64,000 bases of DNA, taken from the human T2T-CHM13v2.0 reference genome, Homo sapiens. The notes beneath the pieces are model-generated. The model was given only the letters and a program-made list of their open reading frames with translations, did not search any database and was not told the DNA's origin. Position numbers and translations under genes: made by a program. Every line of letters begins with the position of its first letter. The stretch's first letter is position 1. Positions 36,443 to 53,679 of the stretch are shown here, piece by piece. Where the stretch lies: assembly GCF_009914755.1 (NCBI RefSeq), contig NC_060937.1; one strand, 5' to 3'.

Positions 36443-37046
36443 CCCTAGAATGTCAGCTCCAGGAGGGCAGTCAGTTTTGCATGTTCTGTGCATCCCTAAA
36501 TCTGTGATGCCTACAGCAATGCCTAGCCCTCAGTAGGCACTTAGTAATTACTGCTTGAGTGAATGAATATTATCTTAGTGATTTTATTACAATGGGAAAA
36601 ACCTGTTGTAATAAAACTCCTGTTTTTTCAATGGGGTTTGTGAGTTTCTCACTTGGGACTAATGAATATGCAAGCTGAGTAAAATTTTGTCAAGTACTGG
36701 ATTGAATATTCCTGAAAAAAATGTATTTGTAGAGGCTGGTCTTCATGCTTTGGATAGTGGTATTGAGTTCTTACTCTGGCTTCATACCATTAATAGTTAA
36801 TATCTTAGGGCTTAATGTACATTTAGGATTAGGCGCATTATTAATGATAGTGGATATAAATCATTTTTTTCAAATTACCTTTTTTGGGGACTGATTTTGT
36901 CTGATTAGATAGTTGTTTCTATCTTATAATAAAGCTGGAGAGCAGAAGCATGAGCCCTGCTAGTTTGTTCTTGTTCACTGGCATTTTAATATTTTAGCAT
37001 CATCAGTCTGTAGAGTTTTCGCAGGACTCTTTTAAAGCCAGATATT

Positions 37047-37364
<318 letters not shown>

Positions 37365-37587
37365 TCATCAGGCTTATTTTCGTTAACACTAGATAATATA
37401 ACTGGTAAAACCACCTAACTGGGTGCACAGAAACTGCAACCCTTAACAATTTATTGAAAGCTCACGGTCAAGTAACGACACCTCTCATGAATCCTTCAAG
37501 TCACAGAACTTACGCTCTTTTGTCTTGCATATCATGACATGAGGTCATCTTACTTAGGGCCTATATAATATATATAGATATAGTTCT

Positions 37588-37908
<321 letters not shown>

Positions 37909-38099
37909 TAATATATATGTAATATATTATATATATATAATGTAAATATTTGTTGTTTGATTAAAATTAATGCGTAGAAGTTTTAATATTTTGTTCTCAT
38001 ACCATTAGTTTATCCCATGTGGTATGACACTCCCCTTTAAGAACCCCAGGCTAGTGCATTTTCAATCACATCCAATCTCCACAGCCTGGCATTCTCAGT

Positions 38100-38494
38100 T
38101 GTGGCAGAGACAGTGTTATACATTCACCAAATCTCATTTTATTTTCTTTTTCTGGGGCACACGGAAGATATATTTCCCAGCTTCCCCTGCAGTGAGGTGT
38201 GGCCATGTTCTCACACTCTGGCCAATGGCATGTGAGGAGAGCTGACTGTGTCCATTCTCAGCCGAAGTAGCTAAGAGCCAATGTACCTTCCTCCATGCCC
38301 CGCCTCTTCATCTTCTGCAGGGCTCTTAGAGGCCATGCATGCCAGCAGGCATAGCTAGGGTAGGTCTCTTGTTGACGGAGAGCTGCTGAGGAGAAACACA
38401 CAATCTACATTTCACTGACTTTCTTGTGTTAAGAGACTGAGATTTTTGTGGTTGGTTGTCACAGCAGCTGGCATGGATTACCTTGACTAATACA
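38100..38494 (+). mobile_element. MaLR LTR (MLT1H/I/J-like)
   Basis: TGTGGCAG start, TATTTCCCAGCTTCCCCTGCAG..GTGTGGCCATG, end GACTAATACA. Confidence 0.7.
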
Positions 38495-38982
38495 CTGGCT
38501 ATCTATTAATATTCCCTATGTAAATTCTCCAATGCAGCTCTCAATTATTTACTGTCTATCATTGCCATCACTTTGAAGAACATTGTACAGCAAAATGAAA
38601 CCCAATATTATATTATTAAAAGACTGTTGTTGAGGCTTTAGCTCAGTAAGCCATATTGTATGCCCTGATAAGAATCAATAGGGGAAGTTTCTCTTAGTTC
38701 TAGTGATAATAAAAGACCCCTCACCTTGTACCCAGCCTGCTCTTTTGGACACTCTGCATCTTGGTTGTGATCATGTTTTCCTCAGTTCTGACTCTGTGGC
38801 TCATGTCTAGTAATTGTGTGGGCTTTCTGATCTGCATTATTCTAGTTTTCTACCTTTGTTTTCCTGCGACACCACAATTTCTTGCTAAAAAATAAAAACA
38901 ATTCCTTTTTTAGGCGTTTATTCAAATGTCTCAAATATTTTTTGGTAAAGAAGCTGATATAAAGATATTTTAAAATATGTAG

Positions 38983-39348
<366 letters not shown>

Positions 39349-42225
39349 TGAGAGTTTGCAACATGTTTTCTAGATTTTTGGTAGCTCTCTTCATAATTTT
39401 TAAGAATTATTTACTGGTTGATTGATTAATAAAGATATTAGTATATGTGTTGATTTAAAGTGTTAAATTTAAAATGGAATTAGATGAGACTAATGGAACA
39501 GGAGAACTTAGGAAAGGGGACATTATAATACTAAACAATTAGAGAGCAGAAACAAATCTATAGGTGTATTTAGATGGTGCACACATCTTTTGTTACATAT
39601 TTTCTATATTTCAGTTCAAAGGATATCAGAATGTATTACAATCATTTTGTAAGAAACATTTAATTTCTCATTCAAATGTATAGATTGAGAAGCACAATAA
39701 CCTAAGATATTATTTAAGCAGAACATAGTGCTCACGAATTTCATTAAAAATCTTTTAATAAAGTAAAAGGAGAAAAGCAGTGAGATAGCACATGTGCACA
39801 TGCAAAATTTTTTATTATAAGAATTGTCTAAGTATATTTCCCCCTAGTGCAAATACCGAAATTATCATAGCTGTGGAGAAACACATACTGACACACGGTA
39901 TTGTGACTTTTTTCCAAAGATGATGGCAATGATGAATGACACAGCACTGTAAGTGCAGATAAGGACATGACATTAGCCCTATCTTAAGGCTGCCAGTATT
40001 GGATGGGAAGGCAGCTCTGCATCCTAAAGGCCACCAGTCCATACAGAAGGTGCTGTAAACCATTTCCATCCTTCCCTAGAGATTTGTGATGTTCCCCTGG
40101 GACAGGCTTTGAAAAATCACCATGGCTGTGGGTCCTTATTAACCAGCCACTCCTCAAAGAGCTGTCTGCAGCTTCAGAAAGATACACAGTGATTGAAAGC
40201 ATAATCATTCTGAATGAATATTCAGAAAACATAAATATATATGCTGATGTATATGTATGTGTCTAACATTCGCTTATTTGAGGAACAAATAAATGCTTAT
40301 TTGAATTTGTTGGTATAAAATACCTTTTTGTCTATGGTAATACAGTGTGCCCAGAAGGATGAAAAATTCAAGAATAAAGTAAAGTACTATTCATCCATAT
40401 ATAATACAGTATTATATCGTATAGTATAGATCTGAAGCATTCTTGGAAAAAAAAAGAAAAAAAAAGAAGGTAGCTCTTTGTCAAAATTTCACAGTGCTTC
40501 TTTCTGAAGCCTTATCAAAGTTCTAAATCCTTTTTTTGGCATGTGCGAGGGTCTTCAAAAATACTTTCTTCAGAGATCAAAATTCTAACTTTCAGATTGG
40601 GTTAAATACATTTTATAATTCATCCTGCAGCTGTTGGAGCTGTAAGGAAGTAAAATGAGAATTGCTTTTTAGGGTATATTTCTCAGCAAAGCAGTTTTGA
40701 AAATGAAACCAAATCTTCATGCTCCACTTGACATTGGAATTTAAAGTTATTTTTACAAGCTCCAATGCAGTAGCTATGTGAAACATTAAAGACTTATTAG
40801 AATATAGTAAGTTAATAATTAAAGCAAGTTTTCTTCTAACAGTTTGTTCAATAAATAAAAGCCACGAATACAAATTATATCTTGTTATCAGCTTTCATGC
40901 CTTTTTTTCATATTTACGCTTAAACCAAACCACACATTTTCTTGTGTAAAATGTTTCCTCCCTTTTAATTATAGCCTGATTTGCTGCCTCAGCAGGTAGA
41001 GCTTTTATTAACTTGAAAGTGTATTTGGTGCAAGTGGGAGATGTGGAAGCAAACCCTTAAAGGAAAATCACATTTTCCCTGAAATGCAGTGTGGCATCTA
41101 AATATAACCTTTACTATGTCCCTAGAATATTGAGGGATGGGAAAATTTTCAGGAATCCCTATCGGGGATAGATCTGCTTTCGATTTTACAAAAGAGTGAC
41201 TGTATGGAGTCACTGAAACCAAACAGGAAAAAAAAAAAAAAAAAAAAAAGAGGAAAAAAAGGCTTCACATTGAAAGTAAAGGCCAAGAAAGAAATAAGCC
41301 ACACAAAAGTGTGAGCAAAGGAAAAAAGTGTCCATCTTTTTTGTTTGTCTTTGACTGGAAAGGCCTTTGACCCTAGGCAATACTGTGCAGTGAATACTTT
41401 TGTCCTTTGTCATATTTTACTTCCTCCTTTCATGACAACCCCGACAAGTAGCCTGTGTACCATTCCTGGAGGGTCTGGCCCGGAGCTGACAACTAATCCC
41501 TGGTAAGGTCTATATAAAAGGCTCTTTTCAGAAAAGGGTGACTTGCATCCCTCCACTGACTGCAAGGACACAGGCTGAAAAGACAGCTTAAAGATCGAGG
41601 GGTTTAGGTTCATTTACAGTCAAGACTGTTGAATATCAGTTCCATGTGAATTCTGGAAGTCTTTAAAAATGAGAGAACTTCTCACATGTCTGAGACAGCT
41701 TAAATCTTGACTTTAATCTGGGGCAGCAAGGAAGACTAAAGTGGTAGCTAAAGTGCAAATTCTGGGTAACCTTATCATGCTTAAAGGCAGAATTCCAATG
41801 TCAGGCTTTTTTTATATACAAAAAGTTGTTTGAGGTCTTATCATTCCTGTTTTGTAAAATTCTAAAGAGCTGCGAAGCCCAGTTTGGGAGCAATTAGTAG
41901 AAAAACCTCATGTTATATATTTAAATGAATAATAATTAAAAACAAAACCAAAATAACTGAAACTGAACAAAAATAATGGCTTGCCCAACAGACAATGACA
42001 GAGTCAAAAACAGAAAATTCAGGTTTCCTCGTATCAATTTAGCACCCTTCCCATAACAACATACTACTTTTCAAATTCAAGTTACAGCAAATTAGCTAGT
42101 TGATGAGCTTTTTACAAATAACTAAAACATTCCATTAAATACAGTACAGCTGAGGACCAGCCTATCTTTCTAATAAGCACAGATATTTACTGGAATCAGT
42201 GTGGAAAATTCTGACTAGTTTAGAT

Positions 42226-42382
42226 CAGTGCTTTTCAATACTGTAATGTGCAAACAAAATAACTTGGGCACCATGTTCAAATGTAATTTCAGGTTCTGTA
42301 GGAATAAAGTGGAGCTGGCATTTCTAAGAAGCTCTCAAGAGTTTCTGATGCTGCTAGTCTGAGGACCACTTCAAGTAGCAAG
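42226..42382. mobile_element. MER5-family DNA transposon
   Basis: CAGTGCTTTTCAA...GCATTTCTAAGAAGCTCTC...GATGCTGCTAGTCTGAGGACCAC. Confidence 0.65.
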
Positions 42383-42979
42383 AGTTTAGACTGAGAATGG
42401 AGGAGAATGGAGGAGGTGTGAGTAGTTTTCACCTTAGGCAGGTGACATATACAGTAGGAGATGAAACAAATAAGCAAAAGTAAGGTGACACATAAATATA
42501 TCCTAAACATCTGATTTTTACATGTAAATTATTTCTTTGTGAATGATGGATTTTTTCCCAATTAGATGGAAGGCCCCTCCCGGTCAATACCTTTTTCATT
42601 TTTTTACAGGGTGTCTAGAAAAGCACAGTTAAGAAATGCCACCTGACGGACATGATCATAGATCACTGGAAATACCAGATGAAAATTCCAGGTGGAGCCT
42701 GGTTAATTCATTCTTGTGATAGAATTCCTTTCAGCAATGGATTATCCAAACGACTGGGTTGTGGGTTTCTTTGCAACTTCATTAATTCCCCAAGTATTTG
42801 CCACTTCAGAGGCAGCATAGAGGCAGGCAATCTCTCTGATGCCTGGGAGATTCTGCAGATTTCAAGGCCAATGGACAGAGTGTCTGTAGATAAATGGCTG
42901 TGAACTGTCTCTGGTTAGACCAGAGTCAGGGTAAGGAAGCAATGAAAAAGACTAGAGTTTCCTCAAAAATAGTTAAAAG

Positions 42980-43188
42980 CTGCGCTGTCCAGTAGAGTAG
43001 GCACTAGCCACTTGTGGCTTTTTAAATTCTAATTCATTAAAATTAAATGGAAAGCTTAAATCAAGTTCAGTAGTCTCACTAGCTACATTTTAAGTGATCA
43101 ATGACCACATGTGGCCAGTGCCTGCTGCATTGAATGGCACAGATACAGAACATTTCCATCACCACGGAAAGTTCTACTGGACAGTGCC
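42980..43188. mobile_element. MER3 DNA transposon
   Basis: GCGCTGTCCAGTAG...CTAGCCAC...AAAGTTCTACTGGACAGTGC inverted termini. Confidence 0.8.
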
Positions 43189-43457
43189 GCTACTCAGGGA
43201 GACAGAAAGGATGAAAGCTTGATTCCAGTGGTGGCTGGAAGTTCTGAAGAATGTTTAACTAGGCAGCGGTTGCTCTCATGACAGCATGTAAACTGGAGTA
43301 GGAAGCTAATGGAATGGGCAGGTTTAGACTGGGCAGTAAGGGTCTTTGTGTACAGGGGAGGGAGAGATTCTCATGGTTGGCCAGGGATAATGAATGGCTC
43401 AGTACCTCAGAGCCTCTGACAATTAATACATCTTCTGTCTATTGAAAGGCAACTTAC

Positions 43458-43710
43458 GGCTGGGCGTGGTGGCTCACACCTGTAATCCCAGCACTTTGGG
43501 AGGCCAAAGTGGGTGGGTTACTTTGAGCTCTGGAGTTCAAGACCAGCCTGGGCAACATGGTGAAACCCTGTATCTACTAAAAATACAAAAAAATTAGCTG
43601 GGCTTGGTGGTGCACACCTGTAATCCCAGCTACCTGGGAGGCTGAGGCTGGAGATCACGCCACTCTACTCCAATCTGGGCAGCAGAGAGACACTGTCTCA
43701 AAAGAAAGAA
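43458..43710 (+). mobile_element. AluS with right-arm deletion
   Basis: GGCTGAGGCTGGAGATCACGCC junction; TSD GAAAGGCAAC. Confidence 0.85.
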
Positions 43711-44409
43711 AGGCAACACACAAATGATGAAAAGGTAAAGTACGGGGAAAAACAAAGAAAGATGAAACATTACTTGTTCACATTATAACCCATATTTTTG
43801 ACTCACATTTTCTATGAGCAGTGGGTACACACCACCTTACCCCGCCAATCCTTCCTAGAACCCAGCCGCTCAGGAAAACATTCTATCCACCTGAGCATAT
43901 AGTGCTTTCTGCAGTGCTGTAGCCTAGTCTACTTCTTTATATACCTTTTATGGTGGGTGCTCTACTCTTAGATTTTGTGGCTCCGCCTGTGGTAGACATC
44001 TGCTCTTGAGTTACTCAGCTCAGCCTGTGAAATCTTACTTTTGTGCTCAGGGATCAGGATCAGAGGTTCTGCTTTTATGTCTTATGACATTTTCTGATAA
44101 TTGTTTCCATTCATTCATTCAACAAGTATTTTTATTAAACACCTACTAGATACCAGACATTTGCTGACTCTTCTATTTTCTTCTCTTCTTCAGTGACAGC
44201 TTCATTGTTCTGGTTGAGATTTAAACATTAATAAAATGAAATTGCAAAGCCAGAACTTAATATTACAAAATATGTTCTAAGTAGAGCAAACCACATTGTT
44301 TAGAAATCTGGGCCAAATGGATTAACATCTATCTCAGGAGCTGAGAAACTTGTATGGCTTTATGCTGTGGTCTAAGATCTCCTCTGAATACTCAACATCC
44401 TTAAGTCCC

Positions 44410-45200
44410 TGTATCAGTTTCTTAGGGTTGCCACACAAATCACCACACACTGGGTGGCTTAAAGCGACAGGTATGTATTTTCTCACAGTGCTGGAGGCCA
44501 GAAGTCTGAAGTCAAAGTGTCAGCAGGGCTCTCTGAGGGCTCGAGGGACGCGTACCTCCCTGCCTCTTGCCAGCTCTGCAGGTTACTGGCCCTCGCTGGC
44601 GCTTGCCTGGCCTAAGCTGCATCGCTCCAGTCCCTGCCTCCCTCAGCAGAGGGCTGCCTTCTCTGTGTGTCTGTGCCCAATCTCCTTCTCCTTTCTCTTA
44701 AAAAGATACCCGTCACTGGATGGAGCTGGAGGCTATAATTGTAAGCGAATTAACACAGGAACAGAAAACCAAATACCACATGTTCTCACTTATAAGTGGG
44801 AGCTAAACATTTAGGACACATGGACATAAACATGGGAACAACAGACACTGTGGACCACCAGACACGGGAGGGAGGGAGGTGTGGGTTGAAAAACTACCCA
44901 TCGGGTACTATCATCACTACCTGAGTGCAAAATACACATGTAATAAACCTGCACATGGACCCCCTGTATCTAACATATAAGTTGAAATTAAAAAAAAAGA
45001 TTCAAAAAAAGATTAGAAAGAAAAAAAATGCCAATCGCTGGATTAAGGTCCATTTTAATCCAGTAGGACCTCATCTTGGCTTGACTGCATCAGCAAAGTG
45101 GATTACATCTGACTCATTTCCAAATAAGGTCACATTCACTGGTACCAGGGGTTATAACTTGAGCATATGTTTTTGGAGGACACAGTTCGACCCACAACAG
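44410..45200 (-). mobile_element. MaLR LTR (MLT1B/C-like) with nested old L1PA/L1PB 3' end on + strand (about 44718-45030)
   Basis: TGTATCAGTTTCTTAGGG...CCAAATAAGGTCACATTC; nested AAACCAAATACCACATGTTCTCACTTATAAGTGGGAGCTAA with A-rich tail. Confidence 0.75.
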
Positions 45201-46779
45201 TTCCCTCAAATATATATACAGACTATACAGGCAGGTCATTGATTCCAGCCCTGATACAAGTAGTAAGGAAGCAGGACAGCAGAGAGAGGAGAGCGTGAGG
45301 TTTAACAAGAGAAGAAATAACATTACTCTGACCCTTGGTCCTTCCAGCTCCTCCAGGCAGCAGATGGGATGAGCCGTGAGGAAGATCAAAGACAGTCTGG
45401 GACCAGAGGGCAGAGTGATGAGCACACTAGACACCAAACGGGTCATAAATCACTTCTGGTCCTTTTAAGTTGCTTTTTGTGCCTTTTATTTTCTCCCTCC
45501 ACTCTTTCCTACCACTTGCTTCTTCTCTCTCTGCCCTCACCATTCCATTTTCCATTCAGTCTCTCTGTCATCCTCATTCTTTGAGCCCCAAAGCAAGGAA
45601 GAAATACATTATGTGATCAAAGAACTTCCAAAGGACATTTACGTTTCCCCATTTGATTATCAGTACTTTATGAAATTTCATCATTTATGAACAAAACAAC
45701 TCGAATGCAGCATTTTGAGGACAAACTGTAGAGCAGGTTTGTAAAGTTCTTTGTGCCTGATGTCAACCAAGGTTTGCTTGAGCCAGTTTTCTTAAATCTT
45801 CCATCCTGTCTTACTCATTTCCAGAGTACATGGTAGCAATGTACAGTATCTTATCAACCAATATATAGACATAGAAACAAATTAAGAAAACAGGAAGGAC
45901 ATCTCTTAACATTTCTTAAAGGGTTGGCTCATGTTACTGGTTAATCTACCCTGATTTCAATGAGACTTTTGGTCATTCCTATTACAAATATTTATAATAT
46001 GCCCACTATGAACAAAGGATTTTGCTACCATGAGTGGATGATACAGAAATAAATAAGACAGTCCCTGCTTTCAAGAAGTTTGCAGTTTTGGGAGAAATAT
46101 ATAAACAACTCTTACATAAGGTAAAATGGGATAAATGCTGCAAGAAAGGTTCAAAGTGTTTGGGATATATTTGAGAAAGAAGGGATTAATTATGACTGGG
46201 AGTGTTCTTAGAAGAGGTAATAGAGTTTGTGTTGGGAATTCAAAAGTGGCAAGTACACCGATAGTAGACATTCCTCAAAAGACGTTACCACTAGAGCTAC
46301 TTGAGCAAAGCTGCTGAGGCAAGACAGAATAGACCATATTTTGGGAGAACACCAACAACTGTTGAGTGTGGTTCAAGAGAAGTGTCATGCAAGATAAGGC
46401 TGAAAAGACGTTTAAAGATCCAAGAGTGAAGCACTGTGCTTTGAATTCTATGTTTAGAGGCGAATCACCAAAGTTTCTAATTGGAGGATTAGGAGATCAG
46501 TTAGAAGGCTGTTGAAATGGTCTAAGAGTCCAAAAATGAAGAGTTGACTGAGGACAGGAGCAGAGGATGTGGTGAATGGGGAGCCCGGAGGCATAAGGTA
46601 GAGGTAGAATCAAAAGGTCCTGGCAGGTTATGGGATGTTGAAGATGAGGGAAACCACGGAGCAATTAGAATCTTGGCATTGCTTTGCCATGAACGAGGAA
46701 GGGCCCAGGGAGGAGCAGCTTTATGAAGGGAGAAGAGATGGGGTGAAGAAGGGAGAGTGACAACTTCATTTTGGTCTAG

Positions 46780-47094
<315 letters not shown>

Positions 47095-47281
47095 TCTGAA
47101 GTATTTTTGTAATAATGATGTAGGGAAGTCCAGCAGGTAGTGAAAATGCATTTTTGGAATTTTGAAGAGCAGTCAGGGTTAGGTTCTTAGGCTCAGAGAT
47201 GAAGAGTATTAACTAAAGAATGAAGTTTACAAAGAAAGGGGATGACGAGCTCTTTTTATACTATAGAAATACTATATTATT

Positions 47282-47667
<386 letters not shown>

Positions 47668-48321
47668 TTAGCATTTACTAAGCATAACTGCCTAAAGAGG
47701 AAAAGGTATACAAAAAGGAAAAACATTAATAGGGTAAGAAAAGACTTAAGGATTCTAGGGAAAGAAGTATGTATCACCCTCAGGGCCTAATTGAAAGAAG
47801 TATTTGATTGAAGGATGTCTCATTATTGGGGGATTTAAAATTTTCTAATGGGTCATTGAAATGTTGTATAATATATTTACACAAAAATTTGGATAGGACA
47901 GATTACAGGGCTTTCCAGGCAGCCATTGAACTGGAAAAATACTTTTACCTGCTATAATTAAGTCCTTCTAATCAAGTAAAAGACATTTCTAGTTATATGT
48001 AATTTGACTATGATTTCCCCAATGGTTGCCCAAAATGGAATGGGCTTCATTGGGAGGCCTTACATTTTCCACTCAGGAAATGTTCAAGAAAAATCTGATT
48101 GGCCATTTGTTGAGGATATTTCAAAAGGCACCCCTACTCTGAGTGGGAAGCTGGCCTCAGTGACACCCTGAATGTGAGAGGTTTCCATGTTGTTTCCAGG
48201 ATTGGTTGCTCAGGACTGTGTCAGGCACTGTCTATAAGAAGCTGGTTACTGTTCTCTGACAATCCTGTTGTTAATTCTCATGGAACCCAAAGTGGAAAGG
48301 ACCACAGAAAATTGTAAATAA

Positions 48322-48658
<337 letters not shown>

Positions 48659-48809
48659 AATTCTTATTTTCTAACCCTTTAACGTTTTCAGTTCCTGGGT
48701 GTGAAGAATAAGAATGAAAACATGTTTTAATGGATGTTTTACTTTGTTTAAATTTTGAAAGGGGCCATGAAGAGAAGATTTATTTTTAAACAATATCTTT
48801 GAAAGTGCA

Positions 48810-48945
48810 TATCCCCCTTTGCATGTGTCTGCTTTGCCTTCAACTTTCCACCCTGCTGTGAGTAGCACTAGAGCTGAGCCGATGCCCCTTGAACTTCGCA
48901 GCCTGAAAAACCATGAGCTAAATAAACCTCTTTTCTTTATAAATT
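48810..48945 (+). mobile_element. MaLR (MST-like) LTR 3' fragment
   Basis: CTTGAACTTCGCAGCC...CCATGAGCTAAATAAACCTCTTTTCTTTATAAATT. Confidence 0.65.
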
Positions 48946-49103
48946 AAAAAAAAAATGTTGAGCCAACTTTTTGGGTTTAAATGAAAAAATTATCAAAGTA
49001 TGTTATCATAGTTGACAACTTGATACCAATACAAAATGCCTTATATGTTTTTGAATTGACTACAACATTGAAAATTTTGTCTATACATACGTGATACACT
49101 TAA

Positions 49104-49419
<316 letters not shown>

Positions 49420-49554
49420 TATTTGAATTTTAATTGCTTTTCTGTGCTTGGAATATGTGTTTATGCTCACTATTGTCATATAATTAGTCCAACTGAAAAT
49501 GGAAAAACTGAAAATAGTCTTCATAAATCTTTTTTAAAACATTTTTTAAATAAA

Positions 49555-49680
49555 TTTTTTTTTGTTTTAATAGAGATGAGGTCTTGCTGTGTTGCCCAGG
49601 CAGGTCTCAAACTCCTGGGCTCAAGTGATCCTGCTGCCTTGGCCTCCCAAAGTGCTGGAATTACAGGTGTGAGCCACCAT
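49555..49680 (-). mobile_element. Alu left monomer (FLAM_C/AluJ)
   Basis: GTCTTGCTGTGTTGCCCAGG..CTCCTGGGCTCAAGTGATCC. Confidence 0.8.
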
Positions 49681-50538
49681 GTAAAGACAGCCAGTCTTTG
49701 TACATATTAAATAAAAATAAAGATAAAATATAACTACTTAGTATCTTCATCTACTCCAGTAGTGCTTTTATAATAGATTAAAAATAAGATTTTTGTTCTA
49801 TCGTTTTGCCGTTTTGTAGTCAGAGTCAGTATTAGTTCAATGTGTAGTCTCGTTAGCAAGCATCATAGTCACATCTACTTTGCTAACAATAGGTGGCACC
49901 AGCACACAAGCGTCTCATCTGTATTCAACCCAACAGAAATACCAAGAGATAGGAGGGAAATAGAAAATATTCAAAATGCTCGAAGGCAACGAATTCAATT
50001 CTGATGAACAGATATGTTGGGGAGCCACGTGAAATAAGAGTTGTGCTCCAGTGGGTAGGCGCTTCAAACTATGGACATAAATGCCCAAATATGTGAGGTA
50101 GTTTGGTCTTTTATTGAGAAAAATGAAAGAAAAACAAGCTGTCTTGGGAAATGTCTAACCAGAAAATCTATCTGATTTCTCAAAATAAATTCCGAAGAAC
50201 AGAGGACACCAACGATTGTACCTGTGTGTCGCACTACAACACTGGCAGAAGTAGAAGCTGCACGAGAGAGTGGGGAAGAAAAAGCAAGAAGGGTAGAAAT
50301 GGGATGATAATCAAATGCCCCAGGACTTTGAAACTTCAAAAAAAAGGTGTTATGTACTTTCTGCTTATTTTTTCCTAAAATGTGTAAAAAGCGTGCTGAT
50401 CATGTAGATGACTAAGAAAATGTCCTCAGGGGAGAGAAAAACCCATGAAGATGGAGAATTGATTACAATTATCATACAACATTTCTCGTCACTTACGTTT
50501 TGCATTTGTAAAACTAGCACACATGAAACTTTTATTAA

Positions 50539-50885
<347 letters not shown>

Positions 50886-51282
50886 TAATTTTTTCTTAAG
50901 AAGCAGTGCAATTTGGGTGTTTATCACCAGAGTGTTGCCAACCTTCACTACACAAAGGTTTCTTTTAAAATAAGCTAAATTTAATTGTATATCACCTTGT
51001 AAAAACCTAATTGCTGTTAAATTTTCTCTTTAAACTAAAATCTTTATTGAAATAAGAGCACAACAATCAATGGATTAATTTAATACCTCTGAGTCTCCTT
51101 CATTTATTTGTGAAATGTAAGGGAGGAATATTTTAAATGTTCCTCCACTGTTGTATAAGAATGATATATGATTTAGAGCAAGAATTAAGGAAATATAAAC
51201 ACCCAAGTACAACAGTACAACTAAATATCTTATTATGAATACTTTAAAGTTAATTCTTTAATTTTTTTCCTTCTAGTTATAG

Positions 51283-51607
<325 letters not shown>

Positions 51608-51811
51608 TATTTTGAATCTTTCCTAATACCAAACATCTACAAGGGTATAGTATGGCTCAGGTGGTTTTTGGACTTTATGGTCTTTGGAGTAAAAATACAT
51701 TGCTTTGAATATATACACATTACTTGAATATCTTTTGCTAATAAAATATTTCTTCTATTATCTACTTTTCTTGCTTGCCTATGGAAGCTATGATTACATC
51801 TCAAATCCTAA

Positions 51812-52100
51812 TTTTTTTTTTTTGAGATGGAGTCTCGCTCTGTTGCCCCGGCTGGAGTACAGTGGCGCGATCTCGGCTCACTGCAAGCTCCGCCTCCCGG
51901 GTTCACGCCATTCTCCTGCCTCCCCAGTAGCTGGGACTACAGGTGCCCGCCACCACACCCAGCTAATTTTTTTTGTATTTTTAGTAGAGATGGGGTTTCA
52001 CCATGTTAGCCAGGATGGTCTCGATCTCCTGACCTCGTGATCTGCCCGCCTCGGCCTCCCAGAGTGGTGGGATTACAGGCGTGAGCCACCGCGCCCGGCC
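51812..52100 (-). mobile_element. AluY
   Basis: Y diagnostics; TSD TCAAATCCTAATTTTT. Confidence 0.92.
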
Positions 52101-52726
52101 TCAAATCCTAATTTTTAAATCAAATACTTAAAATTAGTAATTCTCCTTAGCAATTCAGTAAGTTTTGTAACCTAACCTTAATACTCATCAATGATACAAA
52201 ATACTTTGGAAGGTGAAGCATTAAAAAACAACTTTAAGAAACATACACTACCCATATAACATATATTTTTAAATATTAGGTCAAATTATTTTTTTTTCAT
52301 AAAATCACTCCCAACATTCCGAATTACCCAGATTGCCTGAGTTTGATAATTGTCTTTACTTGTATATATCTCTCTCCAAGTAGATGCTAAGGTACTTGAA
52401 GCCAAATTACTTTCTTGAGTATTTCACTGATAATTTTTTGTGCTACTTTCTCTGCCTTCCCCAATCCTTGAATCCTTCTTAGTCTGATGTCACACATCTT
52501 AGATGGATTCTGATCCTGTCTGGGTTTCTGTCAGAAGTAATCCAGTATCCGTATTATTTTGTAAGAAACCTGCGTTTTTCTTCGCTGTGCACTTCTGCTA
52601 CCACTATTCCAACTGCTTTCTTCCAGAATTTTGTAATTTCTCACCTGCTGATGTGTCTCTCCTGATCTCATTATTACTTACGTTTGTATTTTAACAGAGT
52701 ATCAGAAAAGAGAGAAGATAAATGTG

Positions 52727-53395
<669 letters not shown>

Positions 53396-53458
53396 TTAAC
53401 TAGAACTGAAAGTAGTTTTATGGTTATTTGGGTGAGAATTTAAGACATTAACTTATAT

Positions 53459-53643
53459 TGGTGGTTCTTAAAGTGTGGTCCTCGGACAGCAGCATCAGCA
53501 TCACCTGGGTGTTTGTTAGCAATGCAGAATCTTGGACCTGTCCTGGACCTGCTGAATCAGAATTTCAGGGATACGGCCAAGTAGTCCTTGCTTTAAGAAG
53601 CACTCCGGGTGATTCTATTGCAAGGTAAAGTTTGAGAGCCACT
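53459..53643. mobile_element. MER5A
   Basis: GTGGTTCTTAAAGTGTGGTC...CAGCATCAGCATCACCTGG...AGTTTGAGAGCCACT. Confidence 0.8.
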
Positions 53644-53679
53644 AATTTAATTGGACATTCTTAGGGCGTCGATTCTTTG